From assembly GCF_964188315.1 (NCBI RefSeq), contig NC_135660.1, forward strand, positions 42,160,001 to 42,224,000: a stretch of 64,000 nt of DNA, written 5' to 3'. Source of the DNA: Podarcis muralis (taxonomy: Eukaryota). A model generated the notes under the pieces. It searched no databases. It saw nothing but the letters and a program-made list of their open reading frames with translations, and was not told the origin of the DNA. The translations under genes and the position numbers were made by a program. Positions 54,201 through 64,000 of the stretch are shown here, piece by piece (within the stretch, counting starts at the first letter, position 1; each line of letters starts with the position of its first letter).

Positions 54201-57200
54201 TCACTGTTAAAAGGCCTTTCTTTGCAATCACTTTTAATGCCTTTATTCCTTGAAATAGTTTTATGCTGCTGCAAGGCTCTGATATTGACCCTCTGGAAGT
54301 TGGAGATTACAGGAGGAAAGTTTTCTTAACACTTATTTTATGGCATAACCTTAAAGGGCTGCAATTCTTCAGATGCATGAAGTGTTATCCCGAATTGCAA
54401 GTATATGTACACATGGTTGGTGAGGATTAAAATCAGAGGAAAATGAAATGCAAAAAATATGAACAATAATAATTATTAGCTTCTCTTTCTCCAAACAGTA
54501 GCTGATGATAGCACAAGCATCCTAGCACTGATACAAATATACCATGGTTCAAACCACAGGTTACAATTTGTCAATATTTTATATGTTAAGCAGACACAGT
54601 TCTGTGCTTAATCAATTCTTATCAATACTTCCCCCCTAGGCCAGGGGTCAGCAACCCGCGGCTCCGGAGCCGCATGTGGCTCTTTTACACCTTTGCCGCG
54701 GCTCCGGGGCGGATACTAGTGAGGGGAGGAGGCACATTGTGTGCCCTGACACTCCCCACTGTTTTAAATGTCGCAATGGTTTTGCGGCTCCCAGTTTTTT
54801 TCCCTTCGGTCCAAGTGGCTCTTTTTGTCTTAAAGGTTGCAGACCCCTGCCCTAGGCCAATTGCTCCTTGCAATATCTTTTATAGTTAAATTAACTGTTC
54901 TACTTATTAATTCCTGCCAACCTAGCAGTTTGAAAACATGTCAAAGTGCAAGTAGATAAATAGGTACCGCTCCGGCAGGAAGGTAAACGGCGTTTCCGTG
55001 CGCTGCTCTGGTTCACCAGAAGCGGCTTAGTCATGCTGCCCACATAACCCGGAAGCTGTACGCTGGCTCCCTCGGCCAATAAAGCGAGATGAGTGCTGCA
55101 ACCCCAGAGTCGGTAACGACTGGACCTAATGGTTGGGGTCCCTTTACCCTTTACCTTTACAAATTAATATCTCTCTGTACCTGCCGTGACTGAACAATCA
55201 ACTTTTACTGTGGCCTTACCTCGAATGCATGTGGGTGTTCTTCACCTTATTTATATTTATTTATATGTATTTTATAGCCTACTCCACCCTGTAATCCCAG
55301 GTTGAATTACATACAAGTAACATGCCTTGCCATAAATTGAAGCATATCAAAGCAAGTAACATCAGTAACAACACTGCAGTGGAATGCATATTCTTTACTA
55401 ATCCTGTACCCCCAAAGACCTATGCAAAGAAGTGTGTCTTGACCCACCGACAATGTAATTACAATAATACGGCCAGATGCATCTTAGAGGAAAAGCATTG
55501 CACAAGCTGGGGGCCACATCAAAGAAGGCCCTCCCACCCTCTGTCATGACCCAACCCACCTGTAGGATCTACACTGCAGGCCTTAACATCCAGGCGAGTC
55601 AGTATGTACTAGAGGTGCTCTTCAGATATTTCAGCTCCAAGTATTAGGTACTTAAGCATAGGGTCCTAAGCACCAAGTTAAAAGTTCTGGAAGCTGTCAG
55701 AGGCTAAGCCTTGTGCATGACTGAAAAAATATTATTTGCTACTATAAGATGCCTAGATGTTGCTTCAATAAAAGCGATCACATAATTCCATTAGTCTGTC
55801 TTTCTATTGAGCCCAGCTCCCCTTTGTTTTGCTATGGCACTAGATCAAAGTCCTTGAGGATTTTATTCCATTCACAAAAGTCTTCTCATTCATGTAATCG
55901 TCACTCATCTCCCCCCCCCCCCCCCCCGTCCCAACCCCTTCATGAGCAAAACATTGCCTTTGCTAATTTGGTTTTTCTTCAACCTTGGTCACAAAAACCA
56001 AATAATCTTTTCTTCCTTCTCCTGGACACCCGCTTTCTAATTGGATGCAAAGAATAGAGAGGGGGTAAAGCAGTAACACTGAAGGTTATTGCACTGGTGA
56101 TTGTAATACTATGGTGATAAAAGCAGAGAATCCAAGCTGCAAAGCAAACAAGATTGCTCCCCCTGCCCACACCAGTAGCTGCTCTTTTCTAATATTATGC
56201 AAACTGGGGGAGTGGGCTGTACACATCCTCCTCCTCCTTTAACATGGCTGCAGTACAGGGCTTTTTCTATTGTGCAGGACTGGGCTGTCTGAGAAGGGTT
56301 CTGATTGTATGTGCTGTCTCGCATTTCCATTTCATTAGCGTTAATAATAGGCAGGCATATTTTTGTGCGGGGGAGTGTTGCTGATAAAGTGACCTTTCAA
56401 AATTACAAAGACCAGTAAAATGTAGCACGGAATAAGGGGGTTTAGGGCTGTTTCCAGCTGTGAGGTCTCTAATCATAAAATTGGGTTGGATTTTAGTTGT
56501 CAGGGCAAGACAATAAATGGACTGCAAGCCCATTTCTTTGTTACGGTATGCCCCAAATGCATGGAGGATTAAAGAATTAAGACAAGGGGAAAGCTGTACT
56601 CCAAAGATCCTTCAGGCTGGTTTCAGATGAGAAAAAGGCAACAAGAAGAGATGGAATGTAACCTCTAATTATTTATGGTATTGTTTTCTTTTGATTGTTA
56701 GGTTTTTGAGAATACCTAAAATAAAATTTTAAAATAAATTGGGGGCGGGGGAGGGAGACAACAAATGATGGAGGTGGGCTGCCCCACAATCTTATGCAAA
56801 GTACATCAAATGTAATTACACACTGGGGAGTGAAAAACATGAAAAGGGGAGATTTAAAAAAGATTTCTGTTTATTAATTATTTTGTTATTTACTTGTAGC
56901 CAGCCTTTCACCAGCCCTTCTAACCAGGGCAGGTTAGAAAAATATCACAACTAAAAGAGTACAGTTGTATTAAAAACTCAAAAAATATAACCACAAAATT
57001 CATCAGTAATGCAATTGACAAAACAACAGCCCAGGATAGTAATTGAAGAGGAGGGAGGATATTCACTCAACCAAAGGTCTGCATAAAGAAAAGTAGAAAT
57101 GTGGTAAGTCTAGATGGAGATGATGCATGAAAGGTTTCTAGTAACTGGGAATGGTGAAGTCAATGGAAGAAGTAAAAAATTTGGGGGTTAAGTGCTAAGG

Positions 57201-59232
57201 TTGCAAGCTTTTGGAAGTCTCCAGCAGTGAGTAACATCAGATCCACCAGATAGGGTAGGTAGGGCACAGTCATGAAGGTACTAAGGCAAATACAAGAATC
57301 TTATGCAGAAGATGTGGAAGGAAAGTCAGTAGAGATGAGAGTTTATATATTGTGTGAATACGCGCACGCACACACACACCATGCATATACACATAATATA
57401 CAGGACATGAATGAGGGGAATGTACCAGCATGAGTCCAAGAGCTATTTTCAACTGCGATGTCTAAACTATTGTGAGGGTTTGCTTAAAATTGAAGAAATC
57501 TTAAAAGTAATTGTTTAAAATCATGGGCAGAGTCTGTCAATGAATATGACAAGGACACTTTTCTCCATTCAGTGTTCAAGTCTGATGCAGGTGACATGCC
57601 TAGCGTTCCATCTGTCACTTTCTGTGGGGTAGGAAAAGTGGAGAAGAAGTTGGTTAGCCTGAGTTCTGCTTTGGCTCCATATCAAGGTTGATGCATTTGT
57701 GCCAAGAGGGCTAATAAATGAGTCTTTGTGTTGTTTACTGTGCATGGAATTTGCATAGGCTGTGCTGGAGCAGGCAGATCTGTTTCTGAAAACAAGGAGC
57801 AAGTTCTTCTCGCTGTGTCTCTGCTTCCCAATGCCTCATCAGAAGCTTTCTGCACTTGTGTAAGCAATCTGACTTTCTGTGTTTATTAAGTAATAGGGGC
57901 TATCAGATTTCCTAGAAGTTTAGATTTGAAACCCCACAAATAGGTATTGCATGAATGACAGTCAAATTTAGTTCAGTGGATTTTCCTTAATGTCTAGATC
58001 ATGACTGGGACACTGGGGAGGGAAGGGTGAATAACTGGCATAGCTATTCTGTGGAGTGATCAGTTTTCTTGGGTGAAGACACTAACTACTGCATTAAGCA
58101 AGTAGAGAGAAGTTGGATCTAATTAGATTACAATGTGTTTTGGACAAAACGTACTTAGTGGTGGAGCTGGCCTTGGCTGACATGTATAAGACAGCAGAAT
58201 GTGCTGCAAGTGGGAGGTCAATCGACAATCATTCCCAGCTGCTTGAGCTGAACTGCTCCATCTTGTCCTCGGCTTGTTAAGCACGTCAAACTGCAGGGAA
58301 GTCTACCGAGCAGCACTGGAATCAGACTGCACTTGGCAGCCAACTCACCAAGTGGCTGGAGAAAGCGGTACTTCTCCATGCTTTGCTGCTTTTGGAGTGA
58401 TTTTGCCAACTTAATTGCTCCAATTAAGAACCCTACTGTCCAGTTACAACTCACCCCTAGGCTGGCACTACAGCAGGGTATTACCTACAGGGGGTGGCTT
58501 TCAGGTAATCTTCATAAAAATATCCCACTGCATCACGGCATTCAAGTGCATAAGAGATAATTTGGTTAAATTCATGTGACAGCCTTTCTTCCTGTGTGTC
58601 TTTAAATGTTTGACTTGCAACAAATTTTTCATAATACTTCACCTCTAAGAAAACAGATAATTATATTTGTGAGTCCAATTGAACCCCCTCATAAAACAGG
58701 AATTTGCTCTCTTTGCATAGAGAGAAACCTGGCACAGAATGTCACTTCTCAGAAGATGATGCAATCTCTACCTCAAATCTGTTCTAGATTATTTTCATAC
58801 ATACTTAGTAATTTGGAATGTAAGTTAAATTATTGGTCTTTTTGTTAAATATTTTGATTAGGATATTAATACCAAACTTTGGCCAGTTATAAGGTCTTGC
58901 CATATGTAGGGTCAGATGTGTAATATGGCAGGTGAGTGCATCCCTCAAACAGAGACCATGCTGAAGGAATATGCAGGTTGTACTTGGTTGATTGCTAAAT
59001 GATGTGCTATCTGGTCAGCCCCACCTGACTTGATTTATACATGTTGTGCTGGTATCTACAGCAAGGATAAGAAGCCTCAGGCCCCAGGGACCAAATGTGG
59101 CCCTCTAAGCCTCTCTATTCAACTCTCAGGACGGCCAAAGCCCGTCACCAGCCCTGCATCCTCAAGTGCTTTTATCTAGGTTGAATCTATTCTTAATTAT
59201 TGTAACATCACTTTATTGCCTTGCTGCAGAGC

Positions 59233-59274
<42 letters not shown>

Positions 59275-59764
59275 AGAAACTTTTACGTGGTGGATGTACC
59301 TTATTGTATAAAAAGTCACATACCTGCCTCTGGCTCTACCCTCCACTCGTATGTGGCTCCCAGGAAGACTGTCCATGATGGAATGCTGTCCTCGGGCTGA
59401 AATAGTTTCCCTACCCCAGATCTGCAGGTGGCTCCTGCGTAGCTGAGTATTTTAGTTTGTGTTCAGGTATGTCTCCCAAAGTAATGTATCTTTGTTTCTC
59501 TCCCTAGTGATGCCATTTGCAGTTTAGTTATCTGCAATGACTCCTCCCTTCAACGGCATCAGATCATCTTCAATCCAGACTTCTTTGTGGAAAAGCTGCG
59601 ACATGAGAAACCTGAGGCATTCACAGAGCTTGTGGTCAGTAACATCACCCGGCTGATTGACCTGCCTGGAGCAGAGCTAGCCCAGCTGATGGGACAGGAG
59701 GACCCCCAGTTGCCTGGCACATCCTCAGGGTTTTTCCGTTCCCTGATGTCTCTGAAACGCAAAG
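51242..59764 (+). CDS. ARHGAP19: Rho GTPase-activating protein 19, 5'-partial view (exons 1-2; the gene continues past the window)
   Basis: Exon 2, 59508-59764: (S)DAICSLVICNDSSLQRHQIIFNPDFFVEKLRHEKPEAFTELVVSNITRLIDLPGAELAQLMG...SGFFRSLMSLKRK, near-identical to human ARHGAP19. Exon 1, 51242-51294 (MAAESALRGRGGEKRAG+AG|GTAGGT), lies in a CpG island and has the matching phase 2; it is less certain than exon 2. Confidence 0.92.
51655..52710 (+). mobile_element. CR1 LINE 3' fragment split by the Bov-B insertion
   Basis: FSLSHNTRTRGHP..LNVGRFRTD ORF2 end and a CR1-type 3'UTR ending TCTTATGTTCTTATG; similar CR1 ends at about 4790-5150 (+) and 18390-18610 (-). Confidence 0.6.
51681..52326 (-). mobile_element. 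Bov-B (RTE) LINE, 5'-truncated, in ARHGAP19 intron 1, inserted into a CR1 fragment
   Basis: Same RT C-terminus on minus; (CAA)n tail; 12-bp TSD GGCATAATAGAT (51669-51680 and 52327-52338). Confidence 0.95.
53452..53810 (-). mobile_element. Old L1-like 3' remnant
   Basis: T-run tail at about 53455; weak similarity LLVVAQLLIAK to the L1 ORF2 C-terminus. Confidence 0.35.
54642..54849. mobile_element. hAT (Charlie-like) MITE
   Basis: TIR CAGGGGTCAGCAAC / GTTGCAGACCCCTG; perfect 8-bp TSD CCCTAGGC (54634-54641 and 54850-54857). Confidence 0.9.
54911..55160 (+). mobile_element. Sauria SINE, 5'-truncated
   Basis: Core GTAGATAAATAGGTACCGCTCCGGC and CCTTTACCCTTTACCTTTAC tail. Confidence 0.85.
59235..59270. 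repeat. (TG)18 microsatellite
   Basis: Read directly from the sequence. Confidence 0.95.
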
Positions 59765-60199
59765 GTGAGCCTGATGTCTTGGCTAAGATTTTTCCCTTAA
59801 TTTTTTTATGTTAAGTCCTGGTATCCTGGGTACAGCCTCTGCTAAGTGTCCCACATATGTGGCAACAACTCCAAGTAAGTATGTGAAAACTTTTCTGGTC
59901 CAATTACAGTGCAGACCAGCCCCTTATTAAAAGAAAATAAGAAGGGCAGTACAGGCAATTCTCATTTTACATAGGGGTTCAGTTCTGGACCCCTGCGCAT
60001 GTTGGCGTAGCGTGCGTAAGCCCATTCTACTCCCACTCTGTTCCACCCCCGTTCTTCCCCTTTTCAGGAAATCTTTATGATGCTTCAGGGCTACTTCTGG
60101 GTTTGGCGCTGTGTGCGTGATCATGCGTCATTCGGACACTGCTAAATCAGTCATTGCCTGTAAGACAATGACAATGTTTATTTAAATACTTGATTTACA

Positions 60200-60339
60200 C
60201 AAGGGGTGGGAAACCTGTGGCCCTAAGATGCTGCTGGACTCAAAGTCGCATCAGTCCCAGCCAGCATGGCCAGTGATGATCAGGGATGATGGGAATTGTA
60301 GTCATCAATATTTGGAAGGCCACAGGTTCTCCACCCATG
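60200..60339. mobile_element. Palindromic hAT-like MITE
   Basis: Ends CAAGGGGTGGGAAACCTGTGGCC / GGCCACAGGTTCTCCACCCATG; more degraded relatives near 10820-10950 and 59050-59420. Confidence 0.6.
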
Positions 60340-62723
60340 GTTTTCTTTATCATCCCTTTATGGAGGACAAAGCTCTTGTTTCGGCAGCCATAATGGTGCC
60401 ACCCATGCTAGAAGGTAGTATATGCATCTTTATTTTTTTTAAAGCAGATTAAAAAAATAGTCCCGAAACAGAAAGGGAAAAACTGCATGGGTGTGTGCTC
60501 CTATGGAGGGTGGGAAGAGGAGGTGGAAAGCAGCAGAGAGTGAGGAGGGTGTGCTGTGCAAAGATGCCTGCCCACAACATGAGATCCACTTTTACAGCTG
60601 CAATAGTAACGGACTGTGCCTCTTGTTTCATCTGGAATAGGAGAGCTGGGGAGAGACCTTAGCTTGGTGACAGAGCATGCACTTTGCATTTGGAAGGTTC
60701 CACATATAATCCCTGGCATCTACAGTTAAAACTAATGTGAAAAATGTTTGCCTGAGATCCTAGACAGCTGCTGCCAGCCAGACAAATAGTCTTCTCTGAT
60801 CTAGATGAGCAAATAGTCTGAGCAGTTTAGTCTATGCCTTATATCTTACCTAGAAAAGCAATCACTAGTTCAGCTGCCAACTGGTGTACCCTTTTCCTCC
60901 CATTGTGCTGCCTACACTTTTGGGTGTGCCAGGTTTGGATGAATGTTGTGCTCCCACCCATACTTGTAAAACATTTATGTTTAATTCTTTGGTCAGCTGG
61001 TCATTCTGTGCTACTAGCAGGCAAGAGGATTCCTATAGCTAAACTCTCCGGCTTCAGCTGGCTCTTAGTCTCAGTTCCCTTTGAAGATACCCTTATTTGT
61101 ATCTCCTCTTCAAAGTCTTAACTGGACCTATGTAGCTGCTAAGAGCAATGTTCCCATGCTGTTGCTTAGAGATGCTGAACAAGGAAACAGTCACTTAAGT
61201 TGGGAGAAAGAGCTTCTATTGATCTGGTAGACAAGCAGCCTTGGACTCTCAACCTGCATTTCTACTTGTTTCTTTTCTGGCAAATTTATTTTGCTGGAAG
61301 GCGATCAGAGTGGCTGGGGCAACCCAATCAGATGGGTGGCATATTATTATTATTGTTAATTACTATTCATCTTCATCATCATCTAGGGACATATTCCTTC
61401 CAAACTGAATTAAAATATGCAGCCCTTATTTCCACTGCAATATAACTTACAAAGGTTTCCATCTTGCCCTGGCAACAAGGTAATTGACGTCACATTTAAA
61501 GGATGAAATGTGAGATTGCTTGAACAATCCTTTACCTGCCTAAATATGACTACAAATATCAGCCCAAATATCTAAGATGTAGTTTTTCTACAGATGTTCT
61601 ATGCCCTAGGAATATTGGGGTGGGAGGGAGTAGGCTTAATGAATGAAAGAATGAAGAACCTTTGGGTTGGGGGGATGGAAACATGCAGGGTGATGTATAA
61701 TGCTGAAGAGAAGAGGGATGAATTTGGAGGAGATTACTGGAAGGTGAATGATAAAGATTTGGGTGGAAGAAGGATTTTGATATGAGCAATAATTTTGCAT
61801 GGTGTGTAACTGGATGTGCGCACATGTCATGTGGCCCTTGAAGGGGTGTCCAGCCCTCAATGCCAAATAAAGTTAGCCACCCTGTTCTGGGATATTTCCC
61901 TGTAGTGGGGAGGGGATCCTTGGATAGCTTGTCCCTCCCACTTGCTCCACTGGGCAGAATTACTCAAATGAGATAGCTCTTACCTTCCAGTGGGAGGGTG
62001 ACCCCTCCAGTTCCTTCCTGTCTAGCTCCTTGTGCAGGAAGAATGTCATGGGACTGGCAAATTGATTCCCTTTGTGGCCATGTATCAAAATTCATTTTTA
62101 CTTTAATGTCAATCACATATTGGAAGTTACCATGTTTTTCTGTTCCCCTTTAAAGCTGCTAAATGTATATGGCAGTGTTCTGCTAATGCTTCCTCCCACC
62201 CCTCCTCCGCCATGTACTCCCCACACTCTCCCCAGAACTGCTCCAGAGAATTGAGGGAACACATTGAACAGAATTTGGGGCATGTGAGGAGAGAAGAGAA
62301 ACATCAGCCTACAGGTATCTAAATGGAGTTCCATGTGCTGAGGCTGTGTACCTATGAATTCCAGATGATGGAGACAAATAGGGAAGACCATCCTTGCTAT
62401 GAAATGTTCAATTAGGCCTGCTGAAAACAGAATGCTTGTCAAGATGGACTTTGGGTTTGCTCCAGGAAGTTAGTTTTTATATATCGCCTATCCTTCTGTG
62501 GAATCTGTTCCTTTGGGTCATTTTGAAACAGATCCAAGTTTAGAAAACCCAAGTATCTGTTTTACAGCATACTTTCCTTTCCAGTAAGAGTTTTTTGTTT
62601 GCTTTTTTTAAAACCTGAGGAGATGAGGAGTTGCATTTGCAAGAGAAAGGGTCGAAGTGAACACACAGTGAACCGGGGCTTTTTAATTCTGCCTTTTCAG
62701 TATAGTATGGAAATACTTACATA

Positions 62724-64000
62724 TTTCTTTTTTTTTTATAGTAAATTTTTATTAGTTTTCCATAAATAAAAAAGAGACAAAACAGAAACATAAACATAAA
62801 CAAACAAAAACACGACTTCCCCATACCACCCCTTTTCTGCATTCTTGTTTCAAGATTTTTCAGCAACCCTCTGAACATAGCTTAAATATATTTCATGTAT
62901 TTAACTTCAGTTAATTATTAATACAACTGTAGTTCTTTATCTCTTGTAACTCTGAGCCCCTAATTTTCCAAATTACAACAGTTTTTAAGATAAACTTTAA
63001 ATTTGTTCCAATCTTCATCCACCGCCTCTTTCCCCCGGTCTCGAATTCTGCCAGTCATCTCTGCCAGTCCCATATAGTCGATCACCTTCGTCTGCCATTC
63101 TTCCAACGTGGGTAAATCTTGCGTCTTCCAATACTTTGCTAAAAGAATTCTTGCTGCTGTAGTGGCATACATAAAAAATGTCCTATCCTTCTTTGGCACC
63201 ATTTGGCCCACCATACCCAAGAGAAAGGCCTCTGGTTTTTTAACAAACGTTCTCTTCAGAACTTTTTTTATTTCATTATAGATCATTTCCCAGAAAGCCT
63301 TAATCTTCGGGCAGGTCCACCAAAGGTGATAGAAGGTTCCCTCCGTTTCACCACACTTCCAGCACTTGTTGTTGGGCAAATGATAGATCTTTGCTAACTT
63401 AGCAGGAGTCATGTACCACCTGTAGATCATTTTCATAATGTTTTCTTTTAAGGCATTGCATGCCGTAAATTTAACACCAGTGGTCCATAACTGCTCCCAG
63501 TCAGCAAGTTCAATGTCATGCCCAATATCCTGTGCCCATTTAATCATATTAGATTTCACCATTTCATCTTGAGTATTCCATTTCAACAGCAAGTTGTACA
63601 TTCTTGACAAATTTTTAGTATTGGGTTCTAACAGTTCTGTTTCTAATTTTGACTTCTCCACTTGGAAGCCTTTCTTTCTGTCCTGTTTGAATACTTCATT
63701 TATCTGTCGATAATGTAACCAATCTCTCACCTTAAACTTCAGTTTCTCAAAACTCTGCAATTTTACATTTTCACCATCTTGTTCTATAATTTCACAATAT
63801 TTAGGCCAATTAGAACCCATATTCAATTTTTTCACCTCTTTTGCTTCCATTGGTGACAACCACCTGGGGGTTCTACTTTCAAACAGGTCTTTATACTTAA
63901 TCCAAACATTATACAGAGCTTTCCTCACCATATGGTTCTTAAAACCTTTATGCAATTTTACCTTGTCATACCATATATATGCATGCCAACCAAATCTGTT
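62724..64000 (-). mobile_element. Young L1-clade LINE (ORF2 C-terminus, 3'UTR, poly-A), antisense in ARHGAP19 intron 2, running off the right edge
   Basis: Frame is open from 64000 to the stop at 62960 (346 aa) with the CCHC knuckle CWKCGETEGTFYHLWWTC; AATAAA plus A-tail (T-run on plus at about 62724-62737). Confidence 0.92.

Noticed and set aside
58218-58560. Overlapping 75-78 aa ORFs in ARHGAP19 intron 1
   Set aside because: No similarity to any protein I recognise and no convincing flanking splice sites.

Overview
Eukaryotic (vertebrate) genomic DNA. The repeat content (Sauria SINEs with ACCTTT tails, Bov-B/RTE LINEs, TA-targeting Tc1/mariner MITEs) points to a squamate, most likely a lacertid lizard. 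Five intron-containing genes were rebuilt by hand from splice sites and protein similarity: ZDHHC16 (-, runs off the left edge), EXOSC1 (+, 194 aa), PGAM1 (-, 255 aa), RRP12 (+, 34 exons, 1296 aa) and ARHGAP19 (+, exons 1-2 only). This matches the order and orientation of human 10q24.1, except that no FRAT gene is visible between RRP12 and ARHGAP19. The introns hold many nested transposon fragments. I found no prokaryotic features, CRISPR arrays or true tRNA/rRNA genes, and no clearly new multi-gene system. Best leads: (1) a 400-bp homogenised tract between two inverted Bov-B copies that looks like gene conversion; (2) a spliced uORF in ZDHHC16 whose frame depends on which of three tandem AGs is used; (3) U12-type introns in both genes of the ZDHHC16/EXOSC1 head-to-head pair, one with a nested U2-type splice-site pair that would create a premature stop; (4) the missing FRAT locus; (5) a MITE inserted 18 nt upstream of the PGAM1 exon 2 acceptor. 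All coordinates were read by eye and all gene names come from recalled protein similarity, not database searches.
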